Of a DNA stretch of 64,000 nt, positions 45,657 to 54,715 are shown piece after piece. How positions within the stretch are numbered: the stretch's first letter is position 1; each line of letters begins with the position of its first letter. A program made the translations under genes and the position numbers. The notes beneath the pieces were generated by a model that saw only the letters and a program-made list of their open reading frames with translations, did no database searches and was not told where the DNA came from. The DNA is from Rickettsiales bacterium (GTDB lineage: Bacteria > Pseudomonadota > Alphaproteobacteria > Rickettsiales > RI-342). The DNA lies in contig JBIPLF010000004.1 of assembly GCA_044368015.1 (NCBI GenBank), forward strand, positions 246 to 64,245, read 5' to 3'.

Positions 45657-46292
45657 CTATTTCACCTCTTTAAGCGTCGTGCGGCCGCCTTCGGGTGCCG
45701 AAGTCTGACGATCCACCTGCGGGCCGGGTTTGGGCAGCGTCCCCTGTTTCAGGCTATCGAGAATCTTGACCGTGGTTTCGGCGGTTAGGTCCTCGTAGAA
45801 CTGGATGTAGTTGGCATCGTCGGCGTCGTGATGGTTGATCTGCATCATGGGTGCATTGACGCAGGCCCCCAGACATTCCACCTCTGCGAGGGTAAATTTG
45901 CCGTCGCCCGTCGTTTCGCCGGGCTGAATACCGAGATGCCTCTCACAGGCCTCCATCACCTGATCCGACCCACGCAGCCAACAGGGCGTAGTGGTGCAGA
46001 CCTGCACAAAATGCGTACCCACAGGCGCCAGATTATACATGCTGTAGAAACTGGCCACTTCGTACACGCGGATATAGGGCATCCCCAGCATCTCGGCGAT
46101 GGTGTCCATCGCGGCGCGGGGAATCCAGCCGCCATGCTGGCGTTGCGCCAAGTCGAGCAGCGGCATCACTGCGCTTTGCTGAAACCCTTCCGGGTATTTG
46201 GCAATGAAATGCTCCGCCCGCTTTAGGTTTTCAGGCGTGAACGCGAAGGTACGGGGTTGCTCAAAAGCAGCTGGGGCAGCGGAATGGGCCAT
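45657..46292 (-). CDS. nuoE: NADH-quinone oxidoreductase subunit E (24-kDa, 2Fe-2S)
   Basis: Thioredoxin-like fold with the Cys pattern VCTTTPCWLRG ... ECLGACVNAP. Confidence 0.95.
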   Translation of the reverse strand: MAHSAAPAAFEQPRTFAFTPENLKRAEHFIAKYPEGFQQSAVMPLLDLAQRQHGGWIPRAAMDTIAEMLGMPYIRVYEVASFYSMYNLAPVGTHFVQVCTTTPCWLRGSDQVMEACERHLGIQPGETTGDGKFTLAEVECLGACVNAPMMQINHHDADDANYIQFYEDLTAETTVKILDSLKQGTLPKPGPQVDRQTSAPEGGRTTLKEVK

Positions 46293-46356
46293 GAATTCAC
46301 CTAATGTTCAAACATTCGCGCCACTATGCCGGGTTCGATCGCGCTTTTCAAGTGCG

Positions 46357-47343
46357 CTACACCAACCCCACCCGCTGATGCACCGCCTGCATGGTTTGTG
46401 CTGCAATCGGCCGCACACGGTCGAGGCTTTTTTGCAACACCGACCGCACGTAAGGCTGGTCGTCCTGCAACCGGCGCATCTCCGCCGTAATAGGCGAGAG
46501 GGTCGCCACGGCAAGCTCGGTCAATGCCTCTTTGAACTTGGAGAAGTTATAGGAAGCAAACTGCGCTTCCACCTCTGCACGCGGCAAATCCGCGAGCGCA
46601 GCGTAAATCGTCAGCAGATTCGAGGCCTCCGGACGGGTTTGCGGATCATATTGCATCCCCTCCAGCATATCGGATTTCGCCTTGCGGATTTTCAGCGCAA
46701 TCGTGTCTGCATCGTCGGTGAGGTTGATCCGCGCATAGTCAGAGCTGTCCGACTTGCTCATCTTCTTCGTGCCATCGCGCAAACTCATGACCCGTGCGGC
46801 CTGACTAAGGATCATCGGCTCCGGCAGCGGGAAATACTCCTCTCCCACGGCGCGGTTAAAGGCCCCGGCGATGTCGCGCATCAGTTCGATATGTTGTTTT
46901 TGATCCTCACCCACCGGCACATGGGTCCCGTGATACAGCAGCACATCTGCCGCCATCAATACGGGATACGCATACAACCCCAGCGGTGCTTTTTCCTTAT
47001 CCTTCCCCGATTTTTCCTTGAACTGCGTCATGCGGTTGAGCCAGCCAATCGGCGTATGGCAGTTGAATATCCAGGCCAGCTCCGCGTGCCCACTCACGGC
47101 CGATTGCGGAAAAATCGCGCTTTTTTCGGGGTTGATCCCGCAGGCGATGAAGGCCGACGCGGTTTCCAGTACGCTTGCCCGCAGCGCGTCCGGATCCTGC
47201 GGCACGGTGATCGCGTGCAGATCCGCCATAAACACCAGACATTCTTTCTCGTGCTGCAAGGCCACCGTGGGACGAATCATCCCCAGATAATTCCCCAAAT
47301 GCAGATGCCCGCTGGGCTGCACCCCCGATACGATACGTTGCAT
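46357..47343 (-). CDS. trpS: tryptophan--tRNA ligase
   Basis: VSGVQPSGHLHLGNYLG (HIGH region) and KMSKSD. ATG 47343 is preceded by GGAGG. Confidence 0.9.
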   Translation of the reverse strand: MQRIVSGVQPSGHLHLGNYLGMIRPTVALQHEKECLVFMADLHAITVPQDPDALRASVLETASAFIACGINPEKSAIFPQSAVSGHAELAWIFNCHTPIGWLNRMTQFKEKSGKDKEKAPLGLYAYPVLMAADVLLYHGTHVPVGEDQKQHIELMRDIAGAFNRAVGEEYFPLPEPMILSQAARVMSLRDGTKKMSKSDSSDYARINLTDDADTIALKIRKAKSDMLEGMQYDPQTRPEASNLLTIYAALADLPRAEVEAQFASYNFSKFKEALTELAVATLSPITAEMRRLQDDQPYVRSVLQKSLDRVRPIAAQTMQAVHQRVGLV

Positions 47344-47395
47344 GATACCTCCCCTTTTCAGGCTTCGTTTAACCGAAAGGCTTTCCCACAGCAAC

Positions 47396-47424
47396 CTTGT
47401 ATCTTCCCTTTCCTAACCCTATAT
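47396..47424 (+). promoter_or_regulatory. sigma-32 (RpoH)-type heat-shock promoter candidate for lon
   Basis: CTTG (47396-47399), 18-nt spacer, CCTATAT (47418-47424). This matches the alphaproteobacterial CTTG-N17/18-CYTATNT pattern, 32 nt upstream of the lon ATG. Confidence 0.45.
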
Positions 47425-47455
47425 TAGGATTTCCATGCCAGAGTGAAGGAATCCT

Positions 47456-49864
47456 ATGACCGAATCCGCCCTGCAACGTTACCCGCTGCTGCCGTTACGC
47501 GATATTGTCGTGTTTCCGAGCATGATCGTGCCCCTGTTCGTGGGACGCGAGAAGTCCGTCAAGGCGCTGGAGGATGTGGTGCGCACGGATAAGAAAATCC
47601 TGCTCGTCGCGCAACGCAACGCCAATCAGGATGATCCCGGTCCCAAGGATTTATACCGCGTGGGGACGCTCGCCAGCATCCTGCAACTGCTGAAACTCCC
47701 CGATGGCACGGTGAAAGTGCTGGTGGAAGGGCTGGAGCGCAACAAGATTGTCGAATATCTGGAAGCCCCCGGCTACTACGCCGTCCACGCAGAAAAACTG
47801 CATGATGCATCGGGCAGCGCAGAAGATGTGCAGGCGCTTACCCGCTCGCTGATGGCGCGGTTTGAGGAATATATCAAGCTCAACAAGAAGATTCCGCCGG
47901 AAGTGCTGGGCGCACTGAATCAGGTAGAAGATGCCGGAAGGCTGGCCGATACCATCGTCTCACACATGGCGCTCAAAATTCCGGACAAACAGCAGGTGCT
48001 GGAGCTTTCGGACATCGCCAAGCGGTTGGAGAAAGTCTACGGCTTTCTGGAGAGCGAAATCAGCGTGCTCAACACGGAGAAACGCATCCGTTCCCGCGTC
48101 AAGCGCCAGATGGAGAAAACCCAGCGCGAATATTATCTGAATGAGCAGATGAAAGCGATTCAGAAAGAGCTGGGCGAAACCGAGGAAGGCAAAGACGAAT
48201 ACAGCGAGCTGGAAGACAAGATCAAAAAAACCCGCATGACCAAAGAGGCGAAGGACAAAGCCAAAGCGGAGATGAAAAAACTCCGCACCATGAGCGCGAT
48301 GTCGGCGGAAGCCTCGGTGATTCGTAACTATCTGGAATGGCTGGTGAGCATTCCGTGGAAGAAATTCTCCCGCGTCAAGAAAGACCTGCGCGAAGCCCAA
48401 AGCGTGCTGGATCACGACCATTACGGGCTGGAAAAGGTCAAGGAACGGATTCTGGAGCATCTGGCCGTGCATCAACGCACCGGCGCGGTGCAGGGGTCGC
48501 TGCTATGCCTTGTCGGCCCTCCAGGTGTAGGAAAAACCTCGCTGGCACGCTCTATCGCACGGGCCACGGGCCGCAAATATGTGCGGATGTCTCTTGGTGG
48601 TGTGCGGGACGAAGCCGAGATTCGCGGCCATCGCCGCACCTATATCGGCTCCATGCCGGGGAAAATCATCCATAGCATGAAGAAGGCCGGAGCCTCTAAC
48701 CCGCTGTTACTGCTGGATGAAATCGACAAAATGGGGCATGATTTCCGGGGCGACCCGGCCGCCGCCCTGCTGGAGGTGCTGGACCCTGAACAAAATAAGG
48801 AATTCAGCGATCACTATCTGGAAGTGGATTACGACCTCTCCAATGTGATGTTCATCTGCACGGCGAACTCGCTGAAAATGCCGCGTCCGCTGCTCGACCG
48901 GATGGAGATCATCCGCCTTTCCGGTTACACGGAACGCGAGAAGGTGGAAATCGCCAAGCGCCACCTCATCGCCAAGCAACGCAAAGAACATGGGGTGAAG
49001 GAAGGCGAACTGACCATCACCGAAGACGCCCTGCGCGACACCATCCGCTACTATACCCGCGAGGCGGGAGTGCGGAATCTGGAACGGGAACTTGCCAAAC
49101 TCTGCCGTAAAACGGTGCGGGAAATCCTGTTAGGCGGTACGCAGCATGTGACGATCACGGCGGAGAATCTCAGTGAATATCTGGGCGTGCGGAAGCATAA
49201 TTTCGGCGTGGCAGAGCTGGAAGATCTGGTGGGCGTCACCACCGGCCTTGCCTATACCGAGGTCGGCGGCGACCTGCTACAAATTGAAGCGGTAACCGTT
49301 CCCGGCAAGGGCAAGCTCACCATCACCGGACAGTTGGGCGAAGTGATGCAGGAATCCGCGCAGGCGGCAATGAGCTTTGTGCGCTCGCGCTGTCTGGATT
49401 TTGGCATTATTCCACCGGAATATCAGAATGTGGATATCCACGTCCATGTTCCGGAAGGCGCGGTGCCGAAGGACGGCCCCTCGGCGGGTGTCGCCATGAC
49501 CACCACGATTGTTTCCGTGCTCACCGGCATTCCGGTGCGGAAAAACGTGGCCATGACGGGCGAGATCAACCTGCGCGGCGCGGTGACCGCCATCGGCGGC
49601 TTAAAGGAGAAGCTCCTCGCGGCGCTGCGTGGCGGCATTGATACCGTGCTGATCCCTCAGGAGAATGTGAAAGACTTGGAGGACATCCCCGATGAGGTCA
49701 AAAACGGCCTGACCATCATCCCTGTGCTCACGGCAGAGGAAGCGCTGAAAATCGCCCTCTCCCGTCCCTTTGAGCGCCGGGAATGGACCCCTCCCCTGCC
49801 CGCGATCCCGCTCGCCGCCATCGCGGAGGAAGAGGCGGATGACGAGGTGCGGCGGAAGCATTAG
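47456..49864 (+). CDS. lon: ATP-dependent protease Lon
   Basis: LON N-domain, Walker A GPPGVGKTS, catalytic Ser motif PKDGPSAGVAMTT. Confidence 0.95.
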   Translation: MTESALQRYPLLPLRDIVVFPSMIVPLFVGREKSVKALEDVVRTDKKILLVAQRNANQDDPGPKDLYRVGTLASILQLLKLPDGTVKVLVEGLERNKIVEYLEAPGYYAVHAEKLHDASGSAEDVQALTRSLMARFEEYIKLNKKIPPEVLGALNQVEDAGRLADTIVSHMALKIPDKQQVLELSDIAKRLEKVYGFLESEISVLNTEKRIRSRVKRQMEKTQREYYLNEQMKAIQKELGETEEGKDEYSELEDKIKKTRMTKEAKDKAKAEMKKLRTMSAMSAEASVIRNYLEWLVSIPWKKFSRVKKDLREAQSVLDHDHYGLEKVKERILEHLAVHQRTGAVQGSLLCLVGPPGVGKTSLARSIARATGRKYVRMSLGGVRDEAEIRGHRRTYIGSMPGKIIHSMKKAGASNPLLLLDEIDKMGHDFRGDPAAALLEVLDPEQNKEFSDHYLEVDYDLSNVMFICTANSLKMPRPLLDRMEIIRLSGYTEREKVEIAKRHLIAKQRKEHGVKEGELTITEDALRDTIRYYTREAGVRNLERELAKLCRKTVREILLGGTQHVTITAENLSEYLGVRKHNFGVAELEDLVGVTTGLAYTEVGGDLLQIEAVTVPGKGKLTITGQLGEVMQESAQAAMSFVRSRCLDFGIIPPEYQNVDIHVHVPEGAVPKDGPSAGVAMTTTIVSVLTGIPVRKNVAMTGEINLRGAVTAIGGLKEKLLAALRGGIDTVLIPQENVKDLEDIPDEVKNGLTIIPVLTAEEALKIALSRPFERREWTPPLPAIPLAAIAEEEADDEVRRKH

Positions 49865-50003
49865 CCCCCTCCCTGTCCCTCCCCCGCGTTGCGGGAGAGG
49901 GGACCGGAGGGAAAGCCTCTCCTGATACACATACGCTGATCGTAGAGCGCGATGGTGCATCAGGTCCCCTCTCCCGCAACGCGGGGGAGGGACAGGGAGG
50001 GGG
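49865..50003. repeat. family A element with perfect 41-bp inverted arms
   Basis: ccccctccctgtccctcccccgcgttgcgggagaggggacc (49865-49905) is the exact reverse complement of 49963-50003. It starts 1 nt after the lon stop. Confidence 0.9.
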
Positions 50004-50047
50004 TAAATTTCACTTGCTTCAGTCCATGAGACTCGCAGAATAACGCC

Positions 50048-51157
50048 ATGCGACTTTCCTTCACGCTTTCGCGTTATCTGACGTTTCAGTTCCTGCTCTA
50101 TGCGGGCATGGTGCTGTGCGTGGGGACGCTGCTTGGCTTCCTGATCGACATGGTAGAGCTGATGCGCCGGGGGACCAGCCATCAGGGCATTGAATCGCTC
50201 GCGCTGGTGAAGCTGGCGCTGTTCAAGCTGCCGCAGATGATCCAGCTCGTCATGCCCTTTGCGATGCTGATTGGTAGCATCGTGTTTCTCGCCAAACTCT
50301 CCAAATCGCATGAGTTGATTGTCATGCGCTCCGCAGGAGTGTCGGTGTGGCAATTCCTGCTGCCCGCAGCGGGGGGGGCCTTTGCCATCGGCCTTTTCAC
50401 CGTGCTGGTGTTCAACCCCTTCGCCGCGAGCCTGCTTTCGCGCTATGAGCAGGAGGAAGGCAAACTGCTGGAAGGACGGGCCAGCCTGCTGGCCATTTCG
50501 GAATCTGGCCTGTGGCTACGCGAGCGCGAGGTCAGCGGCGAGCGCGTGCGGGCGGAAGTGATTCTCCACGCGCTGCGCGCCACCCAACCGGACATGCGCC
50601 TCACCGATGTGATTCTGTTTGTGTTCGATGCTGAAGGGCATTTCCAACGGCGGTTTGATGCGAAAGAAGCCGAACTTCGCCCCGGTAAATGGGTGTTAAC
50701 GCAGGTGCTCGCCACCGCAGCGGATGCCCCAGCCGAACGCATGGCGAGTCTGGAACTCCCCACCAAACTCACCCGCGAACAGGTGCAGGATAGTTTTTCC
50801 TCGCCCGAAACCCTGTCGGTGTGGAAGCTCTCGCCCTTTATTGAAATGCTGGAGGATGCGGGATTCTCCGCCACGCGCCACCGGCTGTATCTGCACCGGT
50901 TGCTTTCCCAACCCTTTCTGCTGGTGGCGATGGTGTATCTGGCCGCCGTGTTCGCCCTGCACTCTCCCCGCTCTCAAAGCGCGGGACTACTGGTGTCATT
51001 AGGAATCGCCGCCGGGTTTCTGGTGTATTTCCTCACCGATATCGTCCACGCGCTGGGGCTTTCCGGCACGCTTCCCGTCTGGGTGGCGGCATGGACCCCG
51101 CCGCTCACCGTGCTGCTGATGGGGGCCGCCATGCTGCTGCATCAGGAGGATGGGTAA
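50048..51157 (+). CDS. LPS export ABC permease, LptF/LptG (YjgP/YjgQ) family
   Basis: TLSRYLTFQFL N-terminus, three TM helices, a ~130-aa periplasmic domain, then three TM helices. No partner permease is adjacent. Confidence 0.7.
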   Translation: MRLSFTLSRYLTFQFLLYAGMVLCVGTLLGFLIDMVELMRRGTSHQGIESLALVKLALFKLPQMIQLVMPFAMLIGSIVFLAKLSKSHELIVMRSAGVSVWQFLLPAAGGAFAIGLFTVLVFNPFAASLLSRYEQEEGKLLEGRASLLAISESGLWLREREVSGERVRAEVILHALRATQPDMRLTDVILFVFDAEGHFQRRFDAKEAELRPGKWVLTQVLATAADAPAERMASLELPTKLTREQVQDSFSSPETLSVWKLSPFIEMLEDAGFSATRHRLYLHRLLSQPFLLVAMVYLAAVFALHSPRSQSAGLLVSLGIAAGFLVYFLTDIVHALGLSGTLPVWVAAWTPPLTVLLMGAAMLLHQEDG

Positions 51158-51220
51158 CCTCTGCTGAAGAAGGCAGGATAGCAGGTGCATCCTGCCTGTC
51201 GATGCGCTATAGACACACCC

Positions 51221-52498
51221 ATGCACCTCCCCCGGCTTCTCACCGCGCAATTTCTTCAGCAGATCATCGCAGAAGGCAGGAGCTTCGACGCCCTGCGTCT
51301 GGAAGATACCCGTTTAGGCGGATTAGCACCCCGCGACCGCGCCTGGGTACAGCGGGTGTTGCTCACCGCCCTGCGGCGCCATGGCGAGCTGGATGCCTTA
51401 CTCGCCGCCCGCCTTTCTGCACAAAACTTTAAGGGGAGGGCCAGTCTGTTTCCCTGGTGTCTGCGGGTTGCGTTGACGGAAGCATTGTGGCTCGCCCACC
51501 CCACCCATGCGGTGGTGGCGGAATGGCGGAAAATCCTCCATGCGCAACGAATGCCGGGGCTTGGCGGGTTGCTGCACGGGGTCATCAGCAAAGCCATGGC
51601 CGATCCTCCACCCCCACAGCCGCAGCGGAATCTGCCGGTATGGCTCGCCACGCGCTGGCAGACGCAATATGGCACCGAAACCGCCACTGCCATGGCCGCG
51701 ATGCTACTCACCGAAGCCCCGCTGGACCTCTCCCTACGCGATGCGACTCCTGACCCCGCCCTGCTGCCGGAAGGGATGCTGCTCCCCACCGGTGGCTTAC
51801 GTTGTGAATCCTCCGCACCTATCCACACGCTGCCCGGTTATGCCGAAGGAGCATGGTGGGTGCAGGATGCTTCCGCGACCCTGCCCGTGCAGATGCTCGG
51901 CGATGTGCGGGGCAAGCGGGTGCTGGATCTCTGCGCGGCCCCCGGTGGCAAAACCATGCAGCTTGCAGCACGGGGCGCGGAAGTCTGCGCGGTAGATCGC
52001 TCCGCCGCCCGCATGGAACGGCTGCACGAGAATCTGCACCGCACTGGATTGGCATCACAGGTAGAGGTGGTGGTGGGTGATGCCTTGCATTTTGCCGCTA
52101 CCCATCCCTTCGACGCGGTATTGCTGGACGCGCCTTGCAGCGCCACGGGGATTCTGCGTCGTCACCCGGATTACCTGTGGGGGAAAACGGACAGCCTGAT
52201 CGACGAAATGGCCGCGTTACAGCAGGAGTTGATCCGCGCTGCGGTGGCCCATCTGCGACCGGGAGGGGTGTTGGTCTATGCCGTCTGTTCGTTGGAGCGG
52301 GAAGAAGGCGAAGCGCAGATGGAGTGGATCGCGTTGGAAGGCTTGCCTCTTGAGCCGTTCCCGATTGCCCACTGCCTTCCCGCCGACTGCGCGGAGTGGA
52401 TATCCAATGATAATAGCCTGCGGATATTGCCCCATTACTGGCAGGAGCAGGGAGGCATGGACGGTTTCTTTGCTGCCGCGTTCATCAAAACGCCATAA
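51221..52498 (+). CDS. rsmB: rRNA cytosine-C5 methyltransferase, RsmB/NOL1/NOP2/Sun family
   Basis: SAM site VLDLCAAPGGKT, catalytic DAPCSATG and YAVCSLEREE motifs. ATG 51221 preferred over GTG 51185. Confidence 0.75.
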   Translation: MHLPRLLTAQFLQQIIAEGRSFDALRLEDTRLGGLAPRDRAWVQRVLLTALRRHGELDALLAARLSAQNFKGRASLFPWCLRVALTEALWLAHPTHAVVAEWRKILHAQRMPGLGGLLHGVISKAMADPPPPQPQRNLPVWLATRWQTQYGTETATAMAAMLLTEAPLDLSLRDATPDPALLPEGMLLPTGGLRCESSAPIHTLPGYAEGAWWVQDASATLPVQMLGDVRGKRVLDLCAAPGGKTMQLAARGAEVCAVDRSAARMERLHENLHRTGLASQVEVVVGDALHFAATHPFDAVLLDAPCSATGILRRHPDYLWGKTDSLIDEMAALQQELIRAAVAHLRPGGVLVYAVCSLEREEGEAQMEWIALEGLPLEPFPIAHCLPADCAEWISNDNSLRILPHYWQEQGGMDGFFAAAFIKTP

Positions 52499-52530
52499 AA
52501 CTGCCATAGAATAGGCACAAAACAACAAGA

Positions 52531-53754
52531 ATGAAGCCTGTCATGGAATCCGCTTCGGGCGCAGATATTTCCTTTTTCATTACGACCCTTGCCTATCAGC
52601 ATCCGGAATGGGTCATCCACACCCCCGATGGCGATCTGCGCATTACGCGTACAAAAGGAGCCGTGCTGCTGAATGGTGAGGCTTTCCCATCCGATGGGCT
52701 GACGCTTCCCTCTCCGGCGCAGTTTGAATTACGCGATCAGGATCTCACCTTTGACGTGGACCTGCCACCCGGCACCAGGCTGACCGCGTCAGGGCAGGTC
52801 TCTCTGCCGGGACATCCGGTGACAGAGGCCGATCAACGCCCCTCCGGGTTGAGCTATCTCTTATCCGGGGAAGCCGAAACCCCGGGGATTTATTTTGCAG
52901 GAACGCATCTGAACGGTTCCAGTCTGGACGCCGTGTATCAAACCTGGGACGATTTGAACGATGTGCTGCCGTTTATCCCCGTTTCCCTGTATCAGCCGGG
53001 ATCGCTTGGCGATGGCGTTCTGGAAGCCGTATGGGTTACCCATCAGGCACGCAAGCACACCGCTAGCAACCTCTTCACCATTGCCGGGCATTCGCTGGGG
53101 GGCTGCATTGCGGAAACCGCATTTGCGCTGGAAACATTGAATGATATCGAACGTGCCTTGCAGCTTCCCCTCACGGGACAATATGCCTGCTATCAGGAGC
53201 TGGAACGTTTCTACATGAAGGACCCAGATGCCCTGAGCGTTGCAAACCTAAACCGTTTTCTGCGCACCAACCTTGCAGAGCGCTGCGCTGCGATTGAAGC
53301 GGCCCTGCCTTCTGATGCGCTGGATGCGTATTTTACGGAACATCCGCTGCGGGCGCATCTGTTTGAAAGTCTGGGAAGCACGGAAACACTCGCCGCCATG
53401 GGTATGTCCGATGCCGTAATCGACACCGTACGCCACCGTGCCGATACCAGTGGAAGTCTGGCGCTGGATATCGCAGAGAGCGTGTTTCAGTATCGCGGAC
53501 TCACCCAGCCCCACATTACCAGCAATCGTCAGGTGATTTCCCTCAGCTATTTTGCCGATCCTATCGGCGCGCATATGCCGCCAGAATTATTAGCGGCTGT
53601 TGCAGGAATGGAAGGCAGCACCCTCAGCATTACCCCGCACATACCAAGCTGGAGAGATTGGACACGGGAGGCCATCGACACCAGCGCAACCTGGCTGGGG
53701 CATATCCCCGGTACTATTGCCAAATTACCGGTTGGCTCTTTCTGGTCACGCTGA
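52531..53754 (+). CDS. hypothetical protein with lipase-type nucleophile elbow (alpha/beta hydrolase-like)
   Basis: Only recognisable feature is the FTIAGHSLGGCIAE (GHSLG) motif mid-protein. No signal peptide. Confidence 0.35.
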   Translation: MKPVMESASGADISFFITTLAYQHPEWVIHTPDGDLRITRTKGAVLLNGEAFPSDGLTLPSPAQFELRDQDLTFDVDLPPGTRLTASGQVSLPGHPVTEADQRPSGLSYLLSGEAETPGIYFAGTHLNGSSLDAVYQTWDDLNDVLPFIPVSLYQPGSLGDGVLEAVWVTHQARKHTASNLFTIAGHSLGGCIAETAFALETLNDIERALQLPLTGQYACYQELERFYMKDPDALSVANLNRFLRTNLAERCAAIEAALPSDALDAYFTEHPLRAHLFESLGSTETLAAMGMSDAVIDTVRHRADTSGSLALDIAESVFQYRGLTQPHITSNRQVISLSYFADPIGAHMPPELLAAVAGMEGSTLSITPHIPSWRDWTREAIDTSATWLGHIPGTIAKLPVGSFWSR

Positions 53755-53765
53755 AGAAGCGTCCC

Positions 53766-54692
53766 TTACGCCGCCACCAGTTTGCGAAACACATCCTCCA
53801 GCGACGGCTCCTGCGTGGCGATATCCTGAATGGTGATGCCCGCATCCTCCACCTGTTTCAGCAAGGCCTGAATCCGCTGTTCGGTCGGCAGGTAGCGGAT
53901 CACCAGCCGCCCTTCCTGATCCAGTTCCGGGGAGAGGGAAGCAAGCGCAGGCGGCACCTCTGTGAGTGACGCCATGGCCTGCACCACCAGCCGCTTGTCG
54001 TTGAAGCGCTGCATCAGTTGTTTCTTCGGCTCGCGCACAATCACTTCGCCATGGTTGATGATAGCGATCTCGTCGCAGAGCTGTTCGGCTTCCTCCAGAT
54101 AATGGGTGGTAAGCAGCACCGTGGTGCCTTGCGCATTCAACCCGCGCACATAGTTCCACAATTGGGTGCGCAGCTCTACATCCACCCCGGCGGTCGGTTC
54201 GTCCAGAATCAGTACCCGCGGGCTGTGTACCAATGCTTTCCCCACGAGCAGACGCCGACGCATCCCACCCGATAACCGCCGCGAGGGGGTATCGGCCTTG
54301 TCCGTCAGCCCCAGCGCTTCGAGGATTTCATCCGTCCGCCGCTGCGCTTTCGGGACGCCGTAATAGCCTGCATGGATGTCCAGCGCCTCGCGGGCGGTGA
54401 AAAACGTATCCACGATCAATTCCTGCGGCACCACCCCAACGCTGCACCGCGCCGCCCGCATTTCACGTTCGATGTCATGACCGCAGACGCGCACCTCACC
54501 GCTGGTTTTGGTGACGAGTCCTGCAATGATGTTGATGAGGGTCGATTTCCCCGCGCCATTCGGCCCCAACAGCCCGAAAAACGCGCCGGGACGGATTTGG
54601 AGGTCAATGCCCTTCAGCGCTTCCTTCGCCGGGGATTTTTTCGTAGCACGGTAGGTTTTGCGGAGCGCGCAGATATCAAGGGCTGGGTGCAT
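53766..54692 (-). CDS. ABC transporter ATP-binding protein (ABC-2/DrrA-like)
   Basis: Walker A GPNGAGKST, signature LSGGMRRRL, Walker B VLILDEPT. ATG 54692 preferred. No permease gene is adjacent. Confidence 0.85.
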   Translation of the reverse strand: MHPALDICALRKTYRATKKSPAKEALKGIDLQIRPGAFFGLLGPNGAGKSTLINIIAGLVTKTSGEVRVCGHDIEREMRAARCSVGVVPQELIVDTFFTAREALDIHAGYYGVPKAQRRTDEILEALGLTDKADTPSRRLSGGMRRRLLVGKALVHSPRVLILDEPTAGVDVELRTQLWNYVRGLNAQGTTVLLTTHYLEEAEQLCDEIAIINHGEVIVREPKKQLMQRFNDKRLVVQAMASLTEVPPALASLSPELDQEGRLVIRYLPTEQRIQALLKQVEDAGITIQDIATQEPSLEDVFRKLVAA

Positions 54693-54715
54693 GGGAGTTC
54701 CTCTGTAGATAGTAC

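Noticed and set aside
43561-46292. nuoE/nuoF as the diaphorase part of a soluble NAD-reducing hydrogenase or formate dehydrogenase
   Set aside because: No hydrogenase, formate dehydrogenase or NuoG-like gene is adjacent. The sequences look like standard complex I subunits, so this is kept only as an alternative within the nuoEF finding.
46198-47427. 409-aa plus-strand ORF covering the trpS region
   Set aside because: It is antisense to a gene with clear HIGH/KMSKS motifs. Its Arg/His/Pro/Gly-rich, motif-free translation is typical of shadow ORFs in GC-rich DNA.
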